In this document: positions 1 to 9,738 of the stretch, one piece after another
How positions within the stretch are numbered: the first letter of the stretch is position 1
How the letters are laid out: each line of letters opens with the position of its first letter
Assembly: GCA_965262725.1 (NCBI GenBank)
Contig: OZ253555.1
Location: forward strand, 672,001 to 736,000
Reading direction: 5' to 3'
Length of the DNA stretch: 64,000 nucleotides
DNA from: Dehalococcoidia bacterium
GTDB taxonomy: Bacteria; Chloroflexota; Dehalococcoidia; UBA2979
Program-made: the position numbers and the translations under genes
Notes under the pieces: generated by a model
Database searches by the model: none
What the model was told of the DNA's origin: nothing
Seen by the model: the letters and a program-made list of their open reading frames with translations, nothing else

Positions 1-1
1 C

Positions 2-2263
2 GAGCCCGCACCACCCGCCGTCAGCGTCGTCGGCCCGCTGCTCGTCTTCTCCGAGCGACTGGCGCCGCCCGGCGCGGCCGCCGGCGGGCAGGGAGACACG
101 CGGCGCGTGTACGTGTACGACCTCGGGCTCGGGGTCTACTGGGCTGCGCTCGACTACGAGGAGACGGATCGGTCATCGGTGCAGCCGGCGGGCCCGGGGC
201 TCATCGCGTGGAGCGACGGTCAGGTCCGACGCGTGGGCCTCGGAGGTCAGACGGAGGCCACCCTTCTCGAAGGTCGCACCATCGGGTCCGTTCGCGTTTC
301 GCCCGACGGCGCGAAGGTGGCGCTCATGCTCGAGGGGCCGCCGACCGTCCTCGTCCTCGACATCGCCAGCGGTGAGGAGCTGCTTCGGGCCACGAGCGCG
401 GGTTCACTGCTTGCGCCCCTGCGTGAGGCGACATCGGAGCCCGGACCGGTTCTCGGTAGCTGGAGCCACGACAGCGCCGGGCTGGGCGTGGTCTGGGGCG
501 AACGCACCGCGCTGCTCTCGATCGCCGGGGACCTGCGCCTGCTGCCGGTCGACTGGCACGTGTCGCCTCATCTCCGCTACGCCCTGCGCCTTGGCGAGAG
601 TGCCGAGACCGCCTGTCTGAACCGCCACGACTGCAGGGAGACATGGAAGAGCTTCGATGCGATCGACATCGTGACGGCGAACGTGCTGTGGACCGTAACC
701 GGCGCCGAGGGGGCCGGCCTGACGTGGTACTCAGGGGACCATGATGACCGCTGGTGGAGGCCCACCGGCCCGGGATGGTCGGGCGAGCCCCGATTCGTCG
801 CCTTCCGTGACATGGCGGGCGGTCCGCGGATGCTGGACGCCGCCTCGGGGGAGACATATCCGGTCCAGTTCTACCGGAACTCGGTGCCCCGGGAGGCGAG
901 GGGGCTGCTCGAAGGCGGAGCGTGGAGCAACTGCCGCGGAGGCGACGGGCGGGGTCGCAGCTATCCGTGCCAGGTCTGGTACGACGAGCGCGTCGTGTGG
1001 GAGGGGGCGGGGGGGTGGACTCGCTACCTCGGATTCGTGGAGTCGGCAGCCGGACTGGCGCTCCACGGGGTGAGAACGATCGAGGTGGGACCGGAGCCCC
1101 CTGCCGGGGAGCCCCCGGCCCGGGAGGCGATGGTCGGGCCGCTCCTGCTGTACGCGGTGTGGGGCGGACCCGCGTACGCGGACGAGGGCGCCGGTCTCGA
1201 CATCTTCTCAACCTCCGACGTCGAGGCAGTCGCCACCTGGCGTGTGATGGCCTACGACGCAGGCACGGGACGGAGCTGGCCGGCCCACGAGGATCGGTAC
1301 CACTTCTCCTGGTGGGGATCCTCCTGGGGCGACTGGGACGACCAGGTGCAGGGAGCGCGGGACGGTCTCGTCACCGGCGGACCGGGAGGGATGCGCCACA
1401 TCGCCCCCGGCGGCCAGGCGGAGAGGTTGCTGACCGAGCACTGGCCGGCCGAATTCCGCGTCTCCCCGGATGGACGCCGGGTCGCCGCCCGCTTCCACGG
1501 CGGAGGTCGTGGGCCTGATGGGCGCTACAACCCTGCCCGCACCGTCGTCTTCGACCTTCGCTCCGGGGAAGAGATCCTGCGTGTCGTGCACGACGAGATT
1601 CCCACCGCCGTTGGACTACGTTCTGCCGGGTCCGCCTGGACCGTCTGGGGACAGGCATGGACCTCGGACTCCAGCGCCCTCGTGCTGGACGTCGTGGACG
1701 ACCCCATGGGGCACGGGGGTCCGGCGGTCGGGGTCATCGCACGGCTCGACGGCGCGATTCACCGCCTTCCCTGTCCGGGGAACCCTTATTCCGAATCGGG
1801 GAGGTGCGACGCACCCGACGGCAGGCATGTCGTGCGGGGGCGCCAGACGGAGTCGGGGCCGTACACCGAGTCGAACTGGCGATCCATCGACATCATCGCC
1901 GTCGAGTCCGGGGACATCCTCCGGTCCGTCGCGTCGCCCGTCCGTCTCGGTGACTGGGACTGGGAGTGGGCCTCCCCCGACCACTTCGCCTGGTCGGATG
2001 CCCTCCTGCCCCGCGTCTACCCTTCCGAGTTCGCCGCCCGCACCAGGGCGGGCAAGCATGCGGACGTCTCGGTTCTGAACATCCGCACGGGCGAGACCGC
2101 CATGCTGGACATACAGGAGTACCTCGCGCGCTTCCACCCGCCCCCCCGGGCGATCACCGACTGCCCCGAGAACCCCGGACACCCGTGCCGCATCCTTCTC
2201 GACGGCGAGGTCGTGGGGGAGGGGCGCTGGCCCACCATCATCGGCTTCGCCGAGCTCGACTGA
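2..2263 (+). CDS. Probable secreted beta-propeller-like protein with two tandem ~350-aa repeats (5' end outside window)
   Basis: Frame is open from position 2. Two homologous halves (VGPLL..RRVYVYD/VGPLLL..RVMAYD; VSPDG.KVA/VSPDGRRVA; PC.V..D..VV.EG..GF.E) with PD40-like SPDG motifs. Confidence 0.65.
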   Translation, partial: EPAPPAVSVVGPLLVFSERLAPPGAAAGGQGDTRRVYVYDLGLGVYWAALDYEETDRSSVQPAGPGLIAWSDGQVRRVGLGGQTEATLLEGRTIGSVRVSPDGAKVALMLEGPPTVLVLDIASGEELLRATSAGSLLAPLREATSEPGPVLGSWSHDSAGLGVVWGERTALLSIAGDLRLLPVDWHVSPHLRYALRLGESAETACLNRHDCRETWKSFDAIDIVTANVLWTVTGAEGAGLTWYSGDHDDRWWRPTGPGWSGEPRFVAFRDMAGGPRMLDAASGETYPVQFYRNSVPREARGLLEGGAWSNCRGGDGRGRSYPCQVWYDERVVWEGAGGWTRYLGFVESAAGLALHGVRTIEVGPEPPAGEPPAREAMVGPLLLYAVWGGPAYADEGAGLDIFSTSDVEAVATWRVMAYDAGTGRSWPAHEDRYHFSWWGSSWGDWDDQVQGARDGLVTGGPGGMRHIAPGGQAERLLTEHWPAEFRVSPDGRRVAARFHGGGRGPDGRYNPARTVVFDLRSGEEILRVVHDEIPTAVGLRSAGSAWTVWGQAWTSDSSALVLDVVDDPMGHGGPAVGVIARLDGAIHRLPCPGNPYSESGRCDAPDGRHVVRGRQTESGPYTESNWRSIDIIAVESGDILRSVASPVRLGDWDWEWASPDHFAWSDALLPRVYPSEFAARTRAGKHADVSVLNIRTGETAMLDIQEYLARFHPPPRAITDCPENPGHPCRILLDGEVVGEGRWPTIIGFAELD

Positions 2264-2274
2264 ACCTGTCCCCT

Positions 2275-2455
2275 CGCCGTGTCCACCGCGCGCTCGCCAA
2301 CAGGGAGACCGCGGTCATCCTCAACACGCTCTTCGATCGTCTCTACGTCCTCCGCATCCAGCTCATGCACGGCGGGGCGACGTGGCAGAGTTCCGTCAAC
2401 CGCGACCAGGTCCGCGACGGGTCGCGGATCCTGGCGTTCCTCGTGCCCCTGTATC
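2275..2455 (+). pseudogene. C-terminal fragment of a HEPN-domain protein
   Basis: LFDRLYVLRIQLMHGGATWQSSVNRDQVRDG contains an RxxxxH HEPN-type motif; no start codon of its own. Confidence 0.55.
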
Positions 2456-2559
2456 GTCCGGGCCTGCAATTCCTCCGGCTGCTCCGCGTTCAGCGCCGCG
2501 GTCGCGGAAAACTAGCACCCCGTCGATGTCACGCCGGCCACGCCCCCTGAGGCCGGGTG

Positions 2560-3020
2560 ACGCGAGGGGAGCCCCCACGGCAGTCCGCGCTCCGGCGAGC
2601 GGCGGCGCTCCCCGACGCGGACGCGCTCGCGGAGTTACGAGAGCGCCGCGGCGCTCTGCCGGGGAGACTTCCTCGAGGGGGAGCCGTTCCCGTGGCTCGA
2701 CGCCTACCGGGCCAACTACCGCCGGCGCCTGGCCGAGGGCGCGAGCGGGGCGCGGCCGTGGCCGAACGGCTCGGGGAACCGGAGCGGGCGGCCCGCCTCT
2801 ACCAGGCGGTCCTGGATCAGGAGCCGGCGGACGAGGCGGCGGCGCGCGGGCGGATGCGCCTGCTCGCGGCGGCCGGGGACAGCACCGGCGTCCGCCGGGT
2901 CTTCAAGGCGCTGACCGAGGCGCTGCGGCGGGAGCTGGACGACCCGCGGGTCGCGCCCGCGCGGGAGACGAGGGAGTTGCTCGCCGAGCTCTGGCCGGGG
3001 AGCAGGGAGCGGGGGTGTGA
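2560..3020 (+). pseudogene. BTAD (SARP-type transcriptional activator domain) fragment, copy 1, frameshifted
   Basis: AALPDADALAE / RGDFLEGEPFPWL / LDQEPADEAAARGRMRLLAAAGD..VRRVFKALTEALRRELDD..PARETREL; homologous to 18.2-18.45 kb and 29.2-29.65 kb. Confidence 0.75.
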
Positions 3021-3574
3021 TCATGCCGCTCGCCCGGGTGCGACGCGCGGGTCGGATGGGCGGCCGCGGTGCGTGGGGCGCCTGCCCGGCGCTCGCGGGA
3101 GCGGCGCTCCTGCTGGCGGCGATCCTCGGCGTGCGCAGGCGGGAGCCGGCGGACATCGCCTGGGGCGCGGGCTTTGGCGCCTGCTTCCTGGCGCTGGCCT
3201 GGTCGGATCTCCGCAGCCGCGTGATCCCGAACCGGATCGTCTGCCCGGCGCTGGTGCTGGCGCTCGCCGCCTCCGGCGCCTGGCCCGACCGCGCCTTCGC
3301 CGAGGCGCTCACGGGCGGGCTCGGCGCGCTGGCCGCCGCGATCGCCGTCGCCGGCCTGAGCGGAGGCGGGCTCGGCGGCGGGGACGTGAAGATGGCCGCT
3401 CTTGTCGGGGCGGTCGTGGGCTACCCGGCGGTGCTGCCGGCCGGCCTCGTGACCGTGTTGGCGGGAGGCGCGACGGCCGCGGTGCTGCTCGTCACGCGGC
3501 GCGTTGGGCGGGGTGACCGCATGCCGTACGGGCCGTTCATCGCGGCCGGCGCGGTCGCAGCGCTGCTGGCCTGA
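3017..3574 (+). CDS. Prepilin peptidase, A24 family
   Basis: Multi-TM protein with both catalytic Asp motifs, SDLRSRVIPN and GLGGGDVKM, and C-terminal PYGPFI. Confidence 0.85.
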   Translation: MIMPLARVRRAGRMGGRGAWGACPALAGAALLLAAILGVRRREPADIAWGAGFGACFLALAWSDLRSRVIPNRIVCPALVLALAASGAWPDRAFAEALTGGLGALAAAIAVAGLSGGGLGGGDVKMAALVGAVVGYPAVLPAGLVTVLAGGATAAVLLVTRRVGRGDRMPYGPFIAAGAVAALLA

Positions 3575-3709
3575 TGCCGTTGGGGGGCGCCGGCGGATGG
3601 CACCGGCGACGGTGTCGGGGGTGGGCGGATCAGCGCGAGATCGTTCGAGCCCCGTTTGGTGGGCCTGGTGCGAACGCCGAGCAGCGCGGGCGTCGGCCGG
3701 CCGCCCGCC

Positions 3710-4153
3710 TCACTCCCCGAAGAAGTAGCTGGTGCCGTAGCGCTCGCCAATGGCGATGATGTCGTGGGGGCGCTCACCCAGCTCGTCGAAGAGGCCCTCG
3801 ATGCCCGCTGGGGCGAACCAGAAGATCATCTCGGCCTCGCTGTCCGAGTCGTTGCGGAAGCCGTGCCTGGTACCGCGCGGGATGTTCAGGAACGTACCGG
3901 GCCCCGCTTCGACCAGGCGGTCGTCGAGGCGGAAGGTGAGCCGTCCGCGCAGCACGAAGAAGGCCTCTTCCTCGCGACTGTGCACATGCGCGGCCGGCCC
4001 GCCACCGGGCGGCACGATCGCGTGCGTGAGGAAGTAGCTGCCGTGCGTGTGCTCGCCCCGCGCGAGCGTCGCGTAGATGTCGCCGCCGGCCGCCGTCGCC
4101 TGACCCCGACGATCCTCGGGTCGGACGATGCGAGGCTCAATCGGTTCGTTCAT
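3710..4153 (-). CDS. Cupin-domain protein
   Basis: PPGGGPAAHVHSREEEAFFVLRG..GPG..IPRG.RHGFRN; GGAGGAG RBS before the ATG at 4153. Confidence 0.85.
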   Translation of the reverse strand: MNEPIEPRIVRPEDRRGQATAAGGDIYATLARGEHTHGSYFLTHAIVPPGGGPAAHVHSREEEAFFVLRGRLTFRLDDRLVEAGPGTFLNIPRGTRHGFRNDSDSEAEMIFWFAPAGIEGLFDELGERPHDIIAIGERYGTSYFFGE

Positions 4154-4306
4154 GACTCCTCCGTCAGCGCTCTGGTGCCCCAGGACGGCGGCGCGACAGC
4201 CCTGACCCGAGACCTGTAGGCCGAAGCACGATTGTGCCAGACGTAGCGACATGCTGGCTTCCGTCGCCCGGATGGACGAGTCGATCCGCTGAGCAAAGAC
4301 TGGGCC

Positions 4307-4531
4307 CTGCCCCACCCCGTCGTGCACTTCGAGCTCGGGGGCGCCACCGGCACCGCGCTCTAGCGGTTCTACGCGGCTGCCATCGGGTGGGAGGTCAACG
4401 TCGACCACCACACAGGCATCGACGGCGGGATCGCCGCCGCGGAGCAGCAGCGGATGGTGACGATCGCGCTGTTCGCCGACCCCAGGGGCAACTTCATCGG
4501 GCTGGTCCAGCCGGAGACGCCTCCCGCGTAG
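4307..4531 (+). pseudogene. VOC/glyoxalase family remnant
   Basis: PHPVVHFELG..L*RFY..IGW..IALFADPRGNFIGLVQ; in-frame TAG at 4361 and an internal deletion. Confidence 0.7.
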
Positions 4532-5395
4532 GGTAGCCTTGGTACCCGGTGGCTGCGAAGGTGCGGCGATCTGGAGTAGGGACAGGCGGGCCATCCCCCG
4601 CTGTCCAACACGGGAGCGATTCACGCCGCGACGCCGCGACGCGGGCCCGCTCCGCCGGGCTCGCGACCGGGCGGCGCGGGGATCACGCCGGCGGTCGCCG
4701 TTCTGCGTGATCGCTTAAGCCGTGCGTAGACTGCACGCGCGAGCGGGCGGAGCGTGAGGCGGGACTGACCGACGGGTCCGGGGGCGACTGGCGGCGCGAG
4801 GCGAAAGCCCCCTCGCGACGCGCCCCACCCACCACGACCGGATCGTGAGAGAGCGTGGCGATGGCGACCGCTCATGGGATCGCGCCCGGGGAGCTGCGGG
4901 AGTGAATGGCATGCCGCGAGCTCACGGTGGGAGGCCGGCGGCGCCGCTCGACGTGGGGGTGATAACGCCGCCTCGCCGGCGAACGGGCACTGCGCGCCCG
5001 GCGTGCCTGCCGCCGGCGCTGCAGGCGGCAGGTGCCGACGGCTGCGCGCCCGCGCCGGCGGAGGGCCGGTCCACCGACGGCCCCGCCACGGCCGCCCGGC
5101 GCGGCCCGCCCGCGAGCCCTGAGCCGTGGCCCTCGACTCGCCGGGGTCCCCGGGAGGGAGAGGGAGCGGCCTGGATCCCCGAGGGCGACCTGACGGCGGA
5201 CGGCGGCGGGGGTGGGCGGGCTCGCCGGGCACCAGGCCCGGGAGCGGCTCCAGCGCCGTGCCGCTCTCGTCGAGCTGCCCGTCCAGGAGCCCGCGAGCGT
5301 CCCGTCGCCCGGTCGTGCGTGGCCCCGATGGCGGCGCGGCGTGCGGGATCCGGCCGCGGAGCCGGGCCCGCGGTGGCGCCCTCGCCGGAGACCCG

Positions 5396-6316
5396 ATGAG
5401 CGAGGCCGGCGAGACCTGGTGGGTCTACGAGGACGATATCGCCGCGCACGCGCGCGTCCACAAGGCGAGCTGCTGGCACTGCAACAACGGCCGCGGCCAC
5501 AGCCGTCTTCCCAGCAACCGCTGGCATGGCCCGTACGCGAGCGAAGCGGAGGCGCTCCGTCTCGCCGTGCGCCTCTGGCCGGACGACGCCCGCGTGTGCA
5601 ACCGGTGTGCGGGTCGCGGCACGGCGACCGCGGCCGAGGCGCGCACGCCGGCCACGTGGACGGCCTACGGCTCCGCCTGGCGCCGCTTCAGCGCCTGGTG
5701 CGAGGAGCGGGGAGCCCAGGCGCTGCCGGCCACCTCCGAGGACGTCGGCAGCTACCTGCTCGAGCGCATCGCCCAGGGCCGCACGCCCTCGACCGTCAAC
5801 GTCGACGCCGGTGCGATCTCCGCGCAGCACCGCGACGCCGGACTCCCCGATCCGACGCGGGCGGAGAGCGTGCTCCGCCTGGTCGGCGAGCAGCGGAGCC
5901 GGCGGCGCGGCGCGGCGCGGCGCGGCGACCCGCTCACGGCCGCCCGACTCGACCAGGTGCTTCAGGCGATCCCCGACACGGCGATCGGCCGGCGCGACCG
6001 CGCGCTGCTGCTGGTGATGCGCGACTGCCGGCTGCGGCCGTTCGAAGCCGCGGCGCTGAGGTGGAGGGACGTCGCGGCCGGCGGCGTGGCGATCGCGGTG
6101 CGCCTCACCCAGGTCCGCGGGAGCGTCACGGTCGACCTGTGGCTGATCAGCGAGCGAGCGCGCCAGGCGCTCGCCGCCCTCCTCCCGGACGCGGAGCGCG
6201 ATCCCGAGCAGCACGTCTTCCTGGTGGTCACCGCCCCGCGGCGCGGTCAGCCGCTGAGCGGGGACACCGTCAGCGACATCGTCCGGCGCCGCGTGAAGGC
6301 CGCCGGGATCGAGGGG
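5396..6316 (+). pseudogene. Cre-like tyrosine recombinase with an N-terminal Cys/His domain, 3'-truncated by IS110
   Basis: SAM-like N-domain (T..AY..AWRRF..WC..LPA..V..YL) and RDRALL..LR..E box. Homology stops at AAGIEG, exactly at the IS110 end, before the HxxR and Tyr motifs. Confidence 0.75.
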
Positions 6317-8118
6317 AGACACCCCATGTCCGTAACGCGCAAGGGGCGCCCCCACCCGGGCAGCGAATCGGGGTGTCGGGTGCGCGATGCGCAAGGAGAT
6401 CGTGAGCAGTCGGAGCGCCGTGTTAGAGCCGTGCGCGCGGCGGTGTTCCGAGGTCGACGCCGCCGCAGAGAATGGTCTTGGCCGGCGTGAGATGGGTGTC
6501 GGCTTCTGCGGACATGCGGTGGCTGGCCGACCGCTGCCGGTCGCCCGTGACGCGGGGTGCGCAGGTACTCGCCTCGCCGAGTTGCGCCCTCAACGAGCTC
6601 CAGACCCTGGATGAGTCGCGGCCCGCCGAGGCGCTCCGCGACCTCCGTCAGGCGGCGAGCTCAGCGTCCTCGGTGCCCAGGCCGCCCCAGGCAGTCTCCT
6701 CGTCGTAGAGCCGGCGCTTGTGCAGGCAGCCGTGCAGGAACGCGACCAGGCGGTTGGCGAGGGCGCGCAGCGCCTGGTTGTGCCCGTCGCCGAGCGCCCG
6801 CCGCTGCTGGTAGTACGCCCGGCACCCGGGACTCGCCTGGAGCGAGCAGAACGCCCACATGTGTATCGCGTCGTAGAGGCGCCGGTTCCGCACGTGGCGC
6901 GCGGTGACCGCCCGCTTCCGCCCCGATGATATGGTGAGCGGCGACGTGCCCGCGTAGTTCCTGCGGGACTTCGCGGACACGAAGCGTTCGGGGTCATCCC
7001 CGAACTCGCCCAGCACCCGGGCGCCGAGCACGGGCCCCAGGCCCGGCATCGACAGGTAAATCGCGGCGTCCGGGTGCTCCTCAAGAGACGCGGCCAGCTT
7101 CGACTCCAGTACCTCGAGTTGCCGGTTGATCTCCTGGAGCTGGGCAACCTGGGCGAGCACGCTGTCGGCGAACGCCTCGCTGAGCGCGGGCGCGACCGGG
7201 AGCGTGCGGAGCCGGAGTACCTCGCGTATCTCTTCCGCCCGCGTGTCCAGGTTGCGCTTGCGGCCTCCGCGCCTGAGCGCCGCGCGGAGCTGCGTCCGCG
7301 TCAGCTTCGCCGCCGCGAGCGGCTCCGGGGCGACGGCCAGCACCGAGAGCGCATCGGGATGCGTGAGGTCGGGGAAGGCCTGGAGTGCGGCCGGGAAGTA
7401 CTGCAGCAGCGCGCTGCGCAGCCGGTTGCTCTCGCGGGTGCGATTCCAGACCAGCTGCTGCTGGGCGCGGGCGCGCACCTGCACGGCGGAGGCGAGGGCG
7501 CTGTCGCCCGCGACCGGCCGGTGGTTGTGGCTGTCGGTGCGAACGAGGTTCGCGAGCATGCGCGCATCGCCCCGGTCCGACTTCCCGCCGCCGACCTGGT
7601 GTCGCTCGCGGTAGAGGGCCGCCACCCGCGGATTGATGGCGTAGACCCGGTAGCCCGCGCCGATGAGCGCTGCGACCCACGGGCCGCGGTCGGTCTCGAT
7701 GCCGACCACGACCTGGCCGGCCTCCTGTGCATGCTCGGCGAGCAGCGCATGGAGCGCGGTCATGCCCTCCGCTCCCTCGGGGAGTCGCTTCGCCGCGAGG
7801 CTCTCGCCCTCCTCGTTCATGACATGGACATCGTGATGGTCCTCGGCCCAGTCGTCGCCCACGTACACCGTCAACCCGTGCTCCCTTCCTGCTCGACCCT
7901 GCTGGCTAAACCCACGGGCCTGCTCCGCAACGAGCTAATGGCACGGTGCTCTACAGGCACGACACCCCATCAGTGCATCGCAGGCCCGGACGAACCAGCC
8001 GGGGCACGGTCTACCTGTGGAGGTCGCAAGCGCCTCAGCGTTGGTCAGTGCTCTCCGACTGGCGGGTCCGGAACCATCCTCCCAGATCGCTCTGGTCCTC
8101 TGGTTCGGCTCCCATTAG
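6317..8118 (-). mobile_element. IS110 family element with CT core dinucleotide at both ends
   Basis: Minus strand: left junction ..CCG-CT-AATGGG (8118-8111), right end ..CATGGGGTGT-CT (to 6317). Both junctions coincide with truncated genes. Confidence 0.7.
6648..7874 (-). CDS. IS110 family DEDD transposase/recombinase
   Basis: VGDDWAEDHHDV, GIET, KSDRGDA, SMPGLG..LGEFGDD.RF, YAGTSP..SSG, ALRALANRL. Confidence 0.95.
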   Translation of the reverse strand: MTVYVGDDWAEDHHDVHVMNEEGESLAAKRLPEGAEGMTALHALLAEHAQEAGQVVVGIETDRGPWVAALIGAGYRVYAINPRVAALYRERHQVGGGKSDRGDARMLANLVRTDSHNHRPVAGDSALASAVQVRARAQQQLVWNRTRESNRLRSALLQYFPAALQAFPDLTHPDALSVLAVAPEPLAAAKLTRTQLRAALRRGGRKRNLDTRAEEIREVLRLRTLPVAPALSEAFADSVLAQVAQLQEINRQLEVLESKLAASLEEHPDAAIYLSMPGLGPVLGARVLGEFGDDPERFVSAKSRRNYAGTSPLTISSGRKRAVTARHVRNRRLYDAIHMWAFCSLQASPGCRAYYQQRRALGDGHNQALRALANRLVAFLHGCLHKRRLYDEETAWGGLGTEDAELAA

Positions 8119-8246
8119 CGGAGGATCTCTCCGTCCTCGGTGATGCGCTCCGACACGAGTGCCGGGTCGAGCGGATGTGCCAGCTGCTCAAGCGCGGCCC
8201 GGCTCAGGCGGCGCGATCGCGTCGCCCTGCGTCTGACTTCAGCCAT
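8115..8246 (-). pseudogene. N-terminal stub of a probable Rad52/Rad22-like annealing protein, cut by IS110
   Basis: LEQLAHPLDPALVSERITEDGEILR followed by a stop supplied by IS sequence; resembles the segment preceding Y(I/L)EG in Rad52_Rad22 proteins; overlaps the primase stop. Confidence 0.5.
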
Positions 8247-9292
8247 GATTCCTTCTCTCTTGCGTGTGCCTCGTGGAGCGAACGCAGGAACGCCGCGCGT
8301 CCGTCGCGGCGCCGTCCCAGTTCGCTGAGGTCGTGCGCCCCACCGGGGAGCGGCACGACGGTCGCCCGCTCCGCGAGCGCGGAGATGAGGCGGTCGGCGG
8401 CCTGACGGCCGGGGTGGTCGGCGTCGAGCGCGAGGTAGACGCGCCCGAGCGAGCGGAGGGCTGAGAGCGCCTCCCGCGAGACGTGGGTGCCGAGCAGCGC
8501 GACGGCCGGCAGCCGCCACGCGCAGAGGGTCAGCCAGTCGAAGGGACCCTCGGTCACGACGGCGGCCGCGGCCCCGGCCCGGCGTACCTGCTCCAGGCCG
8601 AGCAGCGGCGACGGCAGGCGCAGGTTGAGGTAGCGAGGCTCCCGGCCGTCGAGCGACCGCGCGGTGAGCCAGGTCGCCAGGCCCCGGGCGTCCAGGTCCG
8701 GGACGACGATCCGCCCGGCGAGCGCGTCGCGATCGCCGCTCAGGAGCCCGAGCCCCCGGGCCGTGTCGAGCCCGAGCCTCGAGCGCTCCAGGTGACGGGC
8801 GAGCCCGCCGCCCGCGAAGCCGACGCGCAGCCCGGAAGCCACGCCCTCGTCGATACCGCGGCCGCGGACGTACGAGCGGGCCTCGCGGCTGCGCCCGTAC
8901 TGCCCGGCGTAGAGGGAGGCGGCGGCCTCGATGACCGCCGCCTCGTCCGCGGCCACCGCCCGGACCGCTCGCCGAAGCGGGGATCGCGGCGCGGCGGCGG
9001 GCGCCGGGTGACCCCCAGCGGCGCTTCCTGCGAGCAGGGCGGCCGTCTCCCGGAACCCGATTCCCTGCAGGCGGCCGACGAAGTCGAAGACGTCGCCGCC
9101 CGCGTCGCAGCCGAAGCAGAAATAGCTGCCCGACTCCTCGTAGACCACGAGGCTCGGGGTGCGGTCCTCGTGGAACGGGCAGAGCCCGACGAGGCGGCGG
9201 CCCGAGCGCCGGAGCTCCACTCCGGCGCCCGAGACCGCGTGCGCGATCGGGTGTTGAGCCCGGATCGCCTCGATGTCGTAGAGCTCAGCCAC
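8204..9292 (-). CDS. CHC2 zinc finger/TOPRIM DnaG-like primase (paralog of 40807-41871)
   Basis: CPFHEDRTPS..YFCFGCDAGGDV; TEGPFDW; LALDADHPG; DLSEL. Confidence 0.9.
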   Translation of the reverse strand: MAELYDIEAIRAQHPIAHAVSGAGVELRRSGRRLVGLCPFHEDRTPSLVVYEESGSYFCFGCDAGGDVFDFVGRLQGIGFRETAALLAGSAAGGHPAPAAAPRSPLRRAVRAVAADEAAVIEAAASLYAGQYGRSREARSYVRGRGIDEGVASGLRVGFAGGGLARHLERSRLGLDTARGLGLLSGDRDALAGRIVVPDLDARGLATWLTARSLDGREPRYLNLRLPSPLLGLEQVRRAGAAAAVVTEGPFDWLTLCAWRLPAVALLGTHVSREALSALRSLGRVYLALDADHPGRQAADRLISALAERATVVPLPGGAHDLSELGRRRDGRAAFLRSLHEAHAREKESWLKSDAGRRDRAA

Positions 9293-9587
9293 CGCGGGTG
9301 AGCTCGAGCAGGCGCCGCCGGAAGCAGGCCTCCTCGAGCGTGAGCCTCGCGCCGGCGCCCCATCCGCCCGGCAGGTGCCGCCCGAGCAGCACCCCCGGCG
9401 GGTCACCGGACTCCCAGTAGCGGAGATGAAGCTCCGCCTCGCTGTCGCACTCGCCCAGCCGGGCGAGCAGTGCCGAGACGGCGGGCTTCGCCGCCTCGCG
9501 TCGCTCCTCGGGCCACCCGAGGTACTGCTCGTAGCTGCGTTCCCAGACGGCTCGCACCGCCTGCCGGAAGCGATTCTCCCTCTGCAT
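9285..9587 (-). CDS. Hypothetical protein in primase operon
   Basis: AAGGAG RBS; overlaps the primase start; 100 aa. Confidence 0.6.
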   Translation of the reverse strand: MQRENRFRQAVRAVWERSYEQYLGWPEERREAAKPAVSALLARLGECDSEAELHLRYWESGDPPGVLLGRHLPGGWGAGARLTLEEACFRRRLLELTRGG

Positions 9588-9738
9588 GTCGCACTCCTTC
9601 CTCGGACACTCGCTGGACACCAGCCGATCGCTTCGCGCCCGCGGGCGGACGCATCTCGCCCACGCATGGACACGACGACATCGGGGCCGCCCGAAGGCGG
9701 CCCCGAAGATGACGGCGGTGCCGGTGGCTACGAGGGGG

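Noticed and set aside
4530-5395. Long ORFs in the very GC-rich stretch
   Set aside because: Low-complexity Arg/Pro/Gly/Ala translations without RBS or motifs; probably shadow ORFs.
6545-6615. Missing C-terminus of the tyrosine recombinase (VTRGAQVLAS..NELQTL)
   Set aside because: The resemblance is weak, lacks HxxR and Tyr, and lies within the inferred IS110 right end.
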